In this document: positions 40,501 to 54,260 of the stretch, one piece after another
How the letters are laid out: each line of letters starts with the position of its first letter
How positions within the stretch are numbered: the stretch's first letter is position 1
NCBI GenBank assembly: GCA_050084985.1
Contig: JBITNC010000001.1
Location: 167,772,001 to 167,836,000, forward strand
Origin: Nageia nagi
Taxonomy: Eukaryota; Plantae; Pinophyta
Length of the DNA: 64,000 nt
Direction of reading: 5' to 3'
Position numbers and translations under genes: made by a program
The notes under the pieces: generated by a model
Told to the model about the DNA's origin: nothing
Database searches by the model: none
Seen by the model: only the letters and a program-made list of their open reading frames with translations

Positions 40501-42201
40501 AATCAAAAATAGGAAAAAATTATTTTTAGAAAATAGAGCATGTACATCATGATAGCATAGTATTCATGGTATTAGCATCGTGCAAATTAGTTCAAGGCAT
40601 GCAAGTAAGTACAAGTAAAGTATATCATCTCAAACTCATCATATTTTAGATATTTATGAAATTTAGAGTAATCATATTGTGTGAAATCTATATATGGTAT
40701 TGTTTCTTATATTTATCATATGATTTATTTTAGCTTATCTTTCAAATGCAATACATATTTTACTCATGATATATTCAAAAATCCATGAGCATAAATATCA
40801 AAATAATTCTATAGATATCATCAAAAAATGATCTTGAATAATTTATGGAGTCCATATTCATCCACATGCTTAGGAAATAGAGCACCCCTTTTTTTCTCAG
40901 GAGTATAAGTAACCTATGTGCCTTGGTTCCAAGCATCCCTTTTGCTTGGGAGTATAAGAAACCTATATGTTCTGAGTTCGAATACCCTTAATGCATTGGA
41001 GTAAAAAGCACCCACTTGCTTAGGGACATATGCAAACTTCTATATCATGTTATGTTATATCATGTCATGTTATATTATATTATGCCATGCTATTCTTATT
41101 ATCATCATGTTATTTTATTATTTTCATCATTTTATACTTGTCATTGTGTTATTTTACAATACTATATTTCTTTAAAAGATGTGATCTATGCGGGTATGTT
41201 TCTTTCATGTTTTCCAAGATATATCTCATAATCTATTTTCTCCTTGGCTTCCCCTTCCATGGATTTTTCCTAAGATAACCAAGTCAAAAGAGGGCATGAA
41301 GAAAGCAACAAGTTGATGAAATCTATAAACCATTTAGAGAAGTACTCTTTAACATTTGGTTCAAAAGTTTTCTACACTTCTCTTTCATTCTTTGGATTAT
41401 GTAATTTTAATGTTTTTCATTACATATCCAAAGCGGAGCAAAATGTATATGCCTAAAAATGATTTATTATATATTAATAAATCATATTTTAAGTATCTAC
41501 ACTATATATTATTTAAATCATGCAAATATTTATAATATCAATACTAATGTGATAATTAAATACTAAACATGTGTTAATCAAGGGTAATATCTCTTAATCA
41601 TATTTATATCTAGACTTATCTTAAGAATATCATTAATATTGCATGTTCTATAATTCTATTGAAATAATTATTATTATCCCAATATCAGTTATCACTCTCT
41701 CTCTTTTCCTTATAGGTATAAAGGGATATGCACAACACAATAACCCCTATCAAATCTCTCTAATAGATGGTTTTCTATACATCAACTTCTACATTTACAG
41801 TGTCTCTAGACACCACTTATTCGAGAATTTGTTATGCTTTGAGCTTTATCTACTTGTTATCTTTTGCATGCATCCTAATTCTTCAGGTTTTAAGATATTG
41901 GTGTTATGACTTTGAACTATTCACACATCATTACCATTGTGCTTGTTTATGATCCATGACTACAAATTTGGAGGGAATTAAGCAATATTGATCTAGGTCA
42001 TTTCAATATCATTATGGCTCTATTCTAAATATGATCTAATCCTCTACCTAATCACACCATATCTTTAAGGATTTTTTGCTTCTCATATGAAGTACACACT
42101 TTCTTGGTTTTATTCAAATAGACTTCATAAGTGATTTACATCATATATTGTAGATTTATTTTTATTGTATTTATTATAGTAAATCATAATTAAAGTCTAC
42201 A
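37519..42201 (+). mobile_element. Complete 4.68 kb LTR element with no recognisable coding domains (non-autonomous, LARD-like)
   Basis: Two alignable ~760 bp LTRs (37519-~38278 and 41444-42201, consensus termini TGTAGAC..GTCTACA). TSD GATAA at 37514-37518 and 42202-42206, PBS-like TGGTGAACC at 38282, and PPT AAAGCGGAGCAAAA before 41444. Confidence 0.9.
40386..40470 (+). repeat. 22 bp minisatellite x~4 inside the LTR element
   Basis: AGT(T/A)TCAATTTCAGCTAGGGGT at 40386, 40408, 40430 and 40452. A further ~50 bp x3 array (GGAGTATAAG..ACCTAT) lies at ~40880-41020. Confidence 0.88.
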
Positions 42202-43639
42202 GATAAATACAATGACTAGTTTCTTATACCAAAATTAGATCATAGTAATGCAACAATACCTATGTAAGCTCAATATATAGTAAGATAGCAAGATAACTCA
42301 ATAATGCATCCACAAATGTAACATCTAACTTCTTAGACAAGATCTCTCAAGATAGCAAAATTATTAAGCTATAAAATGTAATTATAATAATATTGTAATG
42401 AAATTGAATTACATGCCTTTAAAATAGAGCAAATGATGCCCTAGCTAAAGATCTCTAAGATATTGTTGAGAATAAGGAAAAGAACCAGAGTTATCCCATA
42501 ATGGTGGTAATTCTTGTTCCAATACTTCCCCTCCATGAACTATGGCCAAGACACTAAGGTCTCTAGCAATATTAAGATAATCTAGGGCAATGCCAATGCC
42601 CTTAGATAGATAACAAGTCCTTTGAGGTATGATAACCCTCAAAGTAGCAATCCATAAAGCCCTAAAACCTCACTAAGTCTTAAAATCTCTCTTTATGGGC
42701 TTTCACCATAAGAGGTAATGGAAGGAGTCAATGCCCATGACCTGAAAAAAAGAAATAAATTCCAAAATAAGCATATCTTCAAGTGAGGTCTCATCCTCCT
42801 TTTATATCTTTCAAGATACCCTATTATATTGCACCAACCTTGGGATGAATAAGATCAACTCATAGGTTCCAAATTCACCCTTGGGGTGGGACATCACATC
42901 ATGGGTGCATTAGAATCCATGAGGTCTCATCTAATGATGTCATTTTTCTCTCCTAGGTGTAATGTTTCCCTCTTGGTGTATTTTATACTTCAAGATCAGT
43001 GTCACCATATTAGAATCATCATGCTCTACCCCTAGTGATGTGTCCAACTTAGAGGGAAGCAATATTACATTAGAGGACTTACATAATACCTTGAAATGTG
43101 AAATTACATTCATCAAGATTAGGAATATGAAATGCATCTCTAGAAGAGACTAATATTGAATTTACAAATATAATATTATCTTGGTATTACAATTTACAAC
43201 TATATTTTGGCATCCTTAAGTGGCCCAAATATTTACAAATATTATGCTAATTAAAATAACAATAAATGACTCCTAGATTCCAACATCCCATGTTAGAGAG
43301 CCTCCAAGTAGAACTTACATAATCTTAAGGTATAAGTATTAAAATACTCATAATTAAATATGAATCATAATTAAATTATTGAAATAACAATTGCACATGC
43401 CAAGGAAAGGGATGTCACGTTTCTATTAGTCAACTAGAAATAGAATTTTGAATTCTCATACTTGCATGTAATATTGACAATTCTAGCCCAATGAATGAAC
43501 TTCAAAATACCATATTTCCTTTATTTCTTGATGAAACCATATCATGTAACCTATCAGAATGATTGGTATGAGATTTTATATCCATTTTAGGTGATGAATC
43601 AATAATTATGGGCTTATGAATGATGAGGTCCCTTTAGGT

Positions 43640-46462
43640 TCAAAATTGAGTGGAACCCCAAAATTTAGGAATATTATATTTTATCAAAAGGAGATATATT
43701 TTTGATACTGTTAGTATAGTTTGTGAAGGTATGGAATGTGAAATATCCTCTTATCAATATGCTTTACTCATTAAAATTGATTTTGAAAAATAATATGATA
43801 GGATTGAGTGAAATTTTATCTCCCCATACTTCAATCCCTTGGTTTTGGTCTTATTTTTATCCAATTAGTCCAAATATTATTCAAATATGCCTCTACCATT
43901 GTAACTATGAATTATGTCCAATCAAATGTCATCATCTTAACTCACTTTGTTTGTCAAGGTTATCCCTTAGCCCCTTCCCTTTTTATTCTTATTATTGAGT
44001 CTTTTAGCTATCTTCTTAACCACAAGAATTCATAAGGACTCATAAAAGGAATCTCTCTTACCAATTCTCAATTGCATCTTTTAAACGATCATTTTGTTGA
44101 TGATTATTTTTTAAAAATTACATGAATATGAGAAATCTATTTCTAATGCCTTGAAATATCTAGATACCTTTTTTATTTCTTTTGGTTTTAGTATTCAATG
44201 GTATAATACATCCTATTATAGATAATCAATGAAATCTCTTTCGATTTGGCTTGCATATTACCCCTATAAATGGATTCAACCTAGGGAAACCTTCAAATTC
44301 TTAGGTATCTCCTTTACCTTTCAAGCTTGTCTTACTTATCTTTCAATTTATATTATCTAGAATATTGAAAAATAAGTTAGGTTATTGGACCACCAAAAAT
44401 ATTTCTTTAGAATGAAAGTTTCAAATTTGCTCAAAGATCCTAGCTTATACTCATGTGTACTATTCCTCTTTTTGGGTACCTTTGAAAGCTTATCACCAAA
44501 AAATGGATAAGTTTCCCAAGGATTTCATCTATGTATTTGATATGCATAAAATGAGGCTTTAATTTTCTGGATTGGTATGTTTGTTTTCTCCCCTTATCAG
44601 TTGATGCCATGGGTTTATTTGATTTCCATAATCAAGGCTTTGCATTATGTGCCAAGTGGATCATTTAAGCCTTATATGGTGAAGAGGCCTAAAACATTAT
44701 TATTTGATATTGCATTTCAACAAGCCTTCCTTATAGTAAAAAGGCCTATAATGGAAAAAAATTTATAGATAATCCTTATAACTCTTATTTCTTTTAAGAT
44801 TTTTTGCTCGTTTATTATCAAAATTATCTAGAAGGCCTAGGATTCTTTTAAACCCTAGCATAGTTGGCATGGAAAAAATAAGTCTTTAGGGCTTCCATAT
44901 CTTTTTTAAATCCTTGGTTATCCTATGTTATTATTATTGATGATTTACCTATGGTAGAAGTTCAATGGATCATAGACTTGCATTTTTATAGGAAAGGAAT
45001 TGATTCCTTCAAATAATTCCTTTATTTTTAAACCAAGAATTGGCTATCTTGGGATTAATTTTGAAGAAATTATAACCTACATCTAGATGATAAACCTACA
45101 TTTGATGTTGTTTTTAACAAATTACCTTATCTTTATAGATTAAATTAGATAAATGGTTTTAGAAGCCTTAGTGGTGTGACTAGTTTTGGCTTAATCATAC
45201 ACACTTGGTTAAATATAAGCCTCAACTTGGGTATGCTTGGTTATCACCCAATGTTCCATTGATTGAAATTTTGAATACTAGACAAGATATTATTTCTTCA
45301 TAATTCAAGTGGAGATTAAGATTCTCTATAATTCAAGCCTCCAACATTTAGCCTAAGAAAAAAAAATTTGCTTGGATTTTGCTTCACCAAGATCTAGGTC
45401 ATAGGCTTCAACATTTGGGGGTGGATAAACCTATTAGTACTTTTTGTATATAACCACAAGATATTGTGCATATTTTTTAGGCTTGTCTAAAAGCTAAACT
45501 AGATTTGGACTATATTTTATCTTTTTTTCAACCCTTTCTTAGTCACCTCTTACTTATGGGTTCATGCTATTATGAAGGATCCTCTTGAATTTTCAAAGCC
45601 ATGAGTTGAATTTTGACAAATATTTTTCCTTACTATTCTTTATCATTTATAGAAAATGAAGCATAATATTCTATTTGCTCAATAAGATACCCCTATTTCT
45701 TTCACTCTTGTTGATAAATATACAATTTCTATGATTATTGAATGCAAATCATTGTACAAGTGGAAAAATTTAATATATAGGTGCAACACTTATGCAACTT
45801 ACTAGACTATTAGAGGAATGCACCCTACTCTATTAGTCATGTTCCTCTAGATGTTAATCCACATTGATGTTCCAATTCTTATGGTCACTCATATCATACC
45901 AAGAAATACTCTAGTGGATATACTTCAATTCCTTCACCAAGCAATCATTGGTCTTTGCCCCTTCTAAATCCTAAGAGACTATATGCTATTGAGCCTTCAT
46001 CCTCTCAACACCAAAGTGGTTGAGATGTTCGCCCACAGTTGTCTAAGCTAATTGGGGGTTGGGGAGATATAACTAATCCTTCCACTACTTGATGCAATGT
46101 TATTGAAATATGTTTTGATGTTGATAATAATGCTAATGATGGCTAGGTAATATCGATCTCAGGTGATAAATATTAGGATTACTTATGCAATGTGGATAAT
46201 TTTTTCCCTCCTCAACCTCTTGTTTAAGACTATGGTTATGCATTTTTTTCTCTCCTCATGTGATATTTTATGATGAATTGTGGGAGCTAGTAGTGATTAT
46301 TTCTTTGGTGTTTGTTAAGTTTTTTTATTTCCTAATAGAATGTTAGTTTGATACTTTCAATATTTAGGGTGTTTACACTAGGTATGCTTAATTCCACCAA
46401 CCCTTTTTTTTGTATGAAAGAGATTTTACATTAATACAAAGTATTTTTCATTCAAAAAAAAA
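43640..46462 (+). mobile_element. 5'-truncated L1 LINE ORF2 remnant with poly(A)
   Basis: FIKRRYIFD, KIDFEK..YDRIE*NF, QGYPLAPSLFIL, HFVDD, FKFLGI, a zf-RVT-like C..HIF*AC..A..IW, and an A-tail at ~46455-46462. Confidence 0.82.
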
Positions 46463-49326
46463 TATTTATAACTTATTCATAATTTATATCTAATACTTCT
46501 AACATATAAACTATTAATCTAATATTTAAATAAGGTTTTATTCTTTAGTAGTTTCTTCCTTTATGACATCCTAATTGATGTATCATCTATATGTCTCCTC
46601 TCTTAACCACCTTAATTGATATATTTTTTCTATTAGGTAGATGAAATATTTTTAAATGAACCAAACTTTTCACAATTTAAAAATATATTCAACTACGCTA
46701 AAAAATCTATCACAACCCCCCCCCCCCCTCACCCAAATAAAAAATCCTAAAACTAGAACAAAACTACTAAAATATAGCAAACAACTACCATTTAAACCAA
46801 AAAAAGCATGTACATCAATACATTATTTCCTACTCATATGTAACATTAACATAGTTTAGAATTCAAATATCAAGACTAAAAGCTTCATGAATCCTCATGC
46901 TTCCATCCATAGCACCACATAAATAAACAAAAAAATACATCTCCCACCCTCAAGGTATTTCTTCAGCTATTAGCAAATCTAGGAGCTTCACAAATCCTTG
47001 TGTTTAAAAAGCAATGGCTAAAAAAATAAAATCCCACTAAAACCAAAGGAAAAATCAAAGTAAAACCTACCCAAAGTAATATTTGAAATCAAAAAAGTTA
47101 AAATTCAGGATTCCATATACTTCCCAACTAATAAAAACCATAATTAGAGCATTACAAAGCCTAAAAATAATAGGAAAAACACAATCATAACTACTCCCCA
47201 GAGGATCTCCAAATGCAATTCCAAAAATACTATCTAGGCTCTAATTTCTCAAATTCTTATATCTTATGAAAAAATTTATAATTGAAACAAGTAAGTAATA
47301 TTTGATATGAAAAAGGTAAAAATCAAAATAGCATTTATTGCTCACTCATTCAAAAGGGTGAGAGTCCAAACAACTCAAAATCAACATGTTATGTATAGTG
47401 GTCTCCTCTCAATCATCTAAATAGGAGGATGATAAAGAGACATAAGAGCTCAATAAATCCCAACAAAAGATCAAAAACCCTAAGTTTCTTACTTCACTAA
47501 TCTATTAATGGACATGCAAATCCAATCTAAAACCTTAAAAAATTATTCAAATCTACCAAGTAATTAATTATATTTGCAAACAAATTCTATATCGAAAGAG
47601 GGTGACTATGTTATTTATGTCCACTTCACACTAAATGAAGGCTCAAACTATACATAATGACTACATCACAATACATTTTAAATGAATCTAGAAAAATTCC
47701 TAACGTCAAAAGATAGTGAAGCCCATAATGACATTTCAACCAAAATTAAAGAATTTTCCTATAAAATATATACAATGGGAAGATTGCAATGACATGAATA
47801 TATAAATTTCAAACCCTAAACCCCTATCATTAAAATGATAAGTACCTTCTTGCATTAAATATAATTTAATATATAAAAATTTAATATTTATCAAAATTAA
47901 CCTTCCATATCACTAAAAACAAAAGAACTATGCTAAATAATTCACATATACAAACATAAATTACCCTAGAAAACATATACAACAATAAAGAGGAGTTAGA
48001 CGAAACCCTTTTTCAACCCATAGTCTTTATTAACCTCAACTATTCAACATTATTTCCTTATCTTTGTACATGTTCTCATATGTTATTTCATCTACCTTAT
48101 TTATTTTTTTATAATAATCCATCCTTTCTATGGATTGAAACCTCAAAACACAAAAAGAGACTTAAGAATGTAGAGCTAGAAGAACTACTTTTATAGACCT
48201 CTCTAATGTACCAAGAGGTTGTTAAATTGAATAAAAAGAAAATAAAAACTTATTGTTGCTTAAATTATTTAAAAAAATTCTAATTGTATTGTTACTTTTC
48301 TCAAACCTCGTTCTCATCATGTGCATCCATGCCTAACGGTTATCAATGTTGTGGTGGATATGAGGAATTGAGATCTATCCTTTATATCTAACATGGAAAT
48401 GAGAAGATATAACAAAATTTATCTTTATAGAATATTTCATAATTTTAAATGCTCCTTTTTAGTAATTATTAATTTACATAGCCATATATGTTCACATGTA
48501 TTAAAGTTTTATGTCGCTTTTTAGGGGATATATATATTATAAATTTTTAGTAAAAGTTTGCATTATTATTATTTTTAGTATACATTTTCTTTTAGTTTAT
48601 GGTATTTTAAATTAAAATTTAATTTATTATAGTAATTTTTATTTTTGCAAGAAATATCTTATATTTATATGTTCATATAATATGAGTTTAAATGATAATT
48701 TGAAGAGGGTTAAGTTGTTATTGTTATTTATTATCAAAAATCAATCTTTCAAATATAACTATAGATGATGATTTAAAAAGTTTTATTACCATTATTATTA
48801 TTATTAGTAATAAAGTTTTATCATTTTATTAGAGGGTTAACCATTTTTAATAATAAAATGGGAGATCATATTGATGTTTAAGGATATTCATGTAGATAAG
48901 GATGTCATGATGGTTAGGGTGAGTATGTCATCATCTACAATGTTACAAGAGGTGCCTTAGTCACAATTTCAACATTACAACTTACTGAGGAGAGATTTAA
49001 ATATTAAAAATCCCATGTATATATTATAAGCATAAAAGAGTGTTTAAAGAGGTGCACCACACTAATTCATGCCAATAAGTTAAAGGAATATAAATTCCAT
49101 AAAGATGATAAAAATCACATAGTTCATGAGATCAATTCATTCTCCATAAGGTTACATAGTGATAAAATAACTTATTCCAAACACCCCTTAGCTCAAGTTG
49201 GTGGTCATTAATTAATAGCCATAGCCCATATTTTATAGACAAGAGAATGGGGTTGGTGTTAATTGGCATATTGAGGGAATTTTTAAAACACCATAGACCT
49301 AAGAATTTTTTTTAAACCACCTTGAT

Positions 49327-49885
49327 ATGAATGATACTATGCATTCATTGCATAACATTCATGAAATCATAGACTTCTTTTCATATGTTTATCTCTTATG
49401 GTGTTATATTCAAAAGGGGGCCTTACATCAAGGTAAGTTAATACATGCACTCTTGCAATTAGTTATGATTTATGAAAGATATACTTTTCTACAACATCAT
49501 TCTCCTAATATATATCAAGTGTAGTAGCTTTTTCAATGCTCATGGTATTTTTGATAGAATGATCAAGAGAGAGGTGTTTTCTTGGAATATCATGGTTGTA
49601 GCTTATAGAAAAGAAAGCCTTTTTAAGGGGGCATTGGAACTCTTTGATGAAATTCAATGAAGTGTAAGTGTTTTCCAACTTAATGATTTCACCCATTCCA
49701 ACATTCTTTTGATATATGTAGACTCAACATCTACGAAAGAGGACATTGATATATATCAAAAAATAGTAAGAAGTAATTTTCACTTAAATGTTGTTATGAT
49801 TAATGATTTGATAGATATGTATGCTAAGTTTTATAAATATATAAAAGGCATATATACTCTTTGATAAATGCAATAAAGAGATACA
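49327..49885 (+). pseudogene. PPR N-terminal fragment (L-S-P-L-S), copy 1
   Basis: IDFFSYVYLL..ALHQGKLIH / YIKCSSFFNAHGIFDRMIKREVFSWNIMV / INDLIDMYAKF. Parallels the first motifs of the intact gene. Frameshifted. Confidence 0.88.
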
Positions 49886-49889
49886 ATTT

Positions 49890-50375
49890 CTTATGGTGTT
49901 ATATTAAAAAGGATGCCTTACATCAAGGTAATTCCATCCATGCAATTTTGCAATTAGTTGTGATGTATAAAAGATATACTTTTGTACAACATCCTTCTCC
50001 TAAGTTATGTCAAGTTTGGTAGCCTTATCAATAATCATGGTATTTCTAACATAATGATCAAGAGAAAGGTATTTTCTTAGAATATCATGGTTGCATATTA
50101 TAAAAATGAAGGCCTTTCCCAAAGGAAATTGTAACTCTTTCATGAAATGGAAGGAAGTGGAAGTGTTTTCCAACTTAATGATTTCACCTTTTCTAACATC
50201 CTTTAAATATATGTCAGCTCAACATCTATGGAAGAGGATGTTGACATCTATTAAAACAATAGTAAGAAGTATTTTTCACTTATATTTTGTTATGATTAAT
50301 TATATATATACTAATTTTGATAATATATAAAAGGCATGTATACTCTTTGATAAATGCAATAAAGAGATACAATTT
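49890..50375 (+). pseudogene. PPR N-terminal fragment, copy 2 (local duplication inside unit 1)
   Basis: Restarts TTATGGTGTTATATT..GCCTTACATCAAGG directly after copy 1, with a ~500 bp period. Confidence 0.85.
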
Positions 50376-51510
50376 CATAAAGTGCATAGCTAAGCCCTTA
50401 GGACCTATTTTATTTGTTATGAGTAGTCATGAATTTACTTTACTTAACCTTTGCAATGTGTGTACATAAAAATTATTTTCTATTAATATTTGAAGGAGTA
50501 TGTGTATGTGCAAGTTGAATCACACCCTATCAATAATCAATAATTTATATAAATTTACTTAATACTTATTTACATGATTAATCTCCAAATCATAAGATAT
50601 GTGATTGTCTCCTACTTTTTGATAGAGGTTTAAGCCCATGATAACCCATCTTTAGAGACACATGGAATTAGACTTGTGACGTTAGCTTTAGAGATGCTTG
50701 GCATCATCTTTATCATCAACTCTTATCTATGGGAGGCCAACATCCAATGGAAAATTCTTTAATTTGTATGAAAGAGCTTATATTTATATGTTCATATAAT
50801 ATGAGCTTAAATGACAATTTGAAGAGGGTTAAGTTTTTATTGTTATTTATTATTAAATATTTTTCTTTGAAATATAATTATAGATTATGATTTAAAAATT
50901 TATATTATAGTTTATATTATTTTTAGTAATAAAGTTTTATTATTTAGTTTCTATATATTATTTTTGTAAATATTTGAAGTGACATTCAAATGGAAAATCA
51001 TATTTTCTTAGAGGGTTGACCATTTTCAATAATAAGATGGGAGGTTAGAATGAATTCTAGAGATATTCATGTAGAGAGGAATGTTATGATGGTTAAGGTG
51101 AGTATTTCATCATCTAAATTGTTACAAGAGGTTCCTTAGTCACAATTTTAACATAGCAAATTATCGAGGAGAGATTTCAATATTAAACATCCCATGTAGA
51201 TATTATAAATACGAAAGAGCAGTTAAAGAGGTACAACACACTAAGGAATTACTATTAGTTAAAGGAATATAAAATTTGTAAAAATGATAAAAATCACATA
51301 GTTAATGAGACCAATGTATCCTCCATAAGGTTATGTAGTGATACAAATAACTTATTCCAAACACCCCGTAGCTCAAGTTGATGGTTGTTAATTGATATCC
51401 ACAGCCCATATTTTATAGATAAGATAATGGGGTTGTTGTTAATTGGCATATTGATGGTAGTTTTAAAACATCCCAATAGAACTAAGAGAGTTATTTAAAA
51501 TCACCCTAAT

Positions 51511-52560
51511 ATGAATAATCCTATGCATTCATTACATAATATTTATGAAATCATAGACTCATTTTCATATGTTTGTCTCCTATGTTGTTATATTCAAAAG
51601 GAGGCCTTACATCAAGGTAAATGCATCAATGCACTATTACAATTAGTTGTGATTTATAAAAGATATACTTTTGTACAACATCCTTCTCTTAATGTATGTC
51701 AAGTCTGGTAGCCTTTTCAATGCTCATGGTATTTTTGATAGAATGATTAATAGAAGGTAGTTTTTTAGAATTTCATGGTTGCAACTTATATAAGAGAATG
51801 CATTTTCAAGGGGGAATTTGAGAGAGTTGAACTATAAACTAAACAACTCTAAACTTCCAAGATCACATGTAAGCTCACAATCCAAATCTAACAAACTCAC
51901 AAAGATAACACAAGATGTAAGTGGTTCCTCAACTAGAAGTACATCCACTAACTAGATCTTTACTTCAATCACAAATAAAACTCTCTTACAATTCTCCTAA
52001 TCTCAACTCCTAAACACTATCCTCTAGCACAACTTTACTCCACAAATTGGTATGTGATCACAAAAAGGAAGCCTTCTATTTATAGGCCAAAATCTCTCTT
52101 TGGATCACCCTTTTATCCAATGTACAATAGCATGACATACACATCCTTTTACCCAAGAGGAATGCTCATGACATGGAGTGTAGGACAAGTTACATTATCA
52201 TATTCACTTAAATACTTAAGGTATCTAATGATACCCTTAAGTATTAGTGAATTTACAAAGAGGATTAATACAAACCTTTGCAATAATACATTATACATTC
52301 CAATAGAATTGGAACTCTTTCATGAAATACAATGAAGTGGATGTGTTTTCCAACTTAATGATTTTACCTTTTCCAACATTCTTCCGATATATGTCATCTC
52401 AGCATCTATGGAAGAGGACATTGACATCTATCAAAAAAATAGTAAGAAGTTATTTTTATTTATATTTCATTATGATTAATTCTCCAATACATATGTATGC
52501 TAAGTTTGATAATATATAAAATGCATTTATAATCTTTGATAAATGCAACAAATAGATACA
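51511..52560 (+). pseudogene. PPR N-terminal fragment, copy 3, split by a solo LTR
   Basis: Same motifs as copy 1 (ORFs 51511-51711 and 52322-52519), interrupted at 51819. Confidence 0.85.
51819..52305 (-). mobile_element. Copia solo LTR (487 bp)
   Basis: TG...CAATA (decayed CAACA) with TSD GAATT (51814-51818 and 52306-52310). Absent from the three sister copies. Shares GTGGTTCCTC..AGTACATCCAC, CTATTTATAG and CTTAAGGTATCTA blocks with LTR 59409-59856. Confidence 0.92.
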
Positions 52561-53722
52561 ATGTGATAAAATGCATAGCTAATCCCTTAGGCTATTTTAT
52601 TTTTTATGAGTAGTCATGAATTTACTTTGCTTAACCTCTACAATGTGTGCACATAAAAGTAATTTTCTATTAATATTTTAAGGAGTATATGTATGTGTGA
52701 ATTGATTCACATCACTATCAATAATAAGTAATTTATATAGAATTACTTTTAATAATTATTTCCATCATTAATCTCCAAATCGTAAGATGCATGATTATCC
52801 CCTACTTGTTGAGAGAGGTTTAAGCCCAAGATAACCCAACTTTAGAGATATTTGGCATTGAACATGCAGTGCCAACTTTAAATACAATAAGTATCATCTT
52901 TAGAGATACTTGGCATAATCTTTAGCATCATATTTATTTGATTAGAGGCCAACATCCAATGGCAAAGTCTTTATTTTGGATGAAAGAGCTTATATTTATA
53001 TGTTCATATAATATGAGTCTAAATGATAATTTGAATAGGCTTAAGTTGTATTTTTATTATTATTAATGATTTTTCTTTCAAATATAATTATAGATTATAA
53101 TTTAAAAAGTTATATTAATGTTATTATTACTTTTAGTAATAAAATTTTATTATTTAGTTTATACATATGGTTTTGGGAAGGATTTGATGTCACATTCAAA
53201 TGGAAAATCATATTTTCTTAAAGGGTTAACCAATTTCAATAATAAAATGGGAGGTTGGATTGAATTCTAGGCATGTTCATGTAGAGAGGAATGCCATCAT
53301 TGGTTAGGGTGAGTATGTCATCATCTACAACATTACAAGAGCTTCGTTAGTTACAATTTCAACATAGCAACTTATCAAGGAGAGATTTCAATATTAAACA
53401 TTCCATGTAGAGCTTATAAACACAAAAAAGTGGTTGAAGAAATATAACATACTAAGTCATGCCTATGAGTTAAAGGACTAGCAAATCCATAAATATGATA
53501 AAAATCACATAGTTCATGAGATCAATGCATCCTCCACGAGGTTGTGTAGTAATAAAATAACTTATTCCAAACACCCCTTAGGTAAAGTTGATAATTGTTA
53601 ATTAATATCCATAGCCTATATTTTATATATAAGAGAATGGGATTTTTGTTAATTGGCATCTTGAAGATAGTTTTAAAACACCTCAATATCCCTAAAAGAG
53701 TTTTTTTGAAAGCACCCTGATA

Positions 53723-54260
53723 TGAATGAGCCTATACATTCATTGCATAATGTTCATGATATTGTAGACTCCTTTCTATAAGTTTTTCTTTTATGGTGTT
53801 ATATTCAAAAGGATGCCTTACATCAACATAAGTGCATCCATGTACTCTTGCAACTAGTTGTGATTTATGAAAGATATACTTTTATACGACATAAATCTCC
53901 TAATGTATGTCCAGTATAGTATCCTTGTCAATGCTCGTGGTGTTTTTGATATAATGATCAAGAGAAAGGTATTCTCTTGGAATATCATGGTTGCATATTA
54001 TATAAAATAAGACATTTTCAATGGGGCATTGGAAATATTTCTTGAAATGCAATAAAGGGGAAGTTTTATCCAACTTAATGATTTCACCTTTTTCAACATC
54101 CTTTTGATAAATGTCAATTCAACATCTATGGAAGAGGATGTCCAAACCCCTAAAAAAATAGTAATAAGTGGTTTTCACTTAGATATCATTATGATTAATA
54201 CTTTGATATATATATATGCTAAGTTTATATTAAAGGCATGTATACTCTTTGATAAGTGCA
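53723..54260 (+). pseudogene. PPR N-terminal fragment, copy 4
   Basis: Same decayed L-S-P-L-S motifs (VFDIMIKRKVFSWNIMV; INTLIYIYAKF). Confidence 0.85.

Noticed and set aside
40029-41952. Hydrophobic short ORFs as membrane proteins
   Set aside because: Low-complexity AT-rich sequence inside the LTR element interior and its 3' LTR.
46680-47700. Possible - strand L1 remnant after the poly-C run
   Set aside because: Too decayed to recover diagnostic motifs with confidence.
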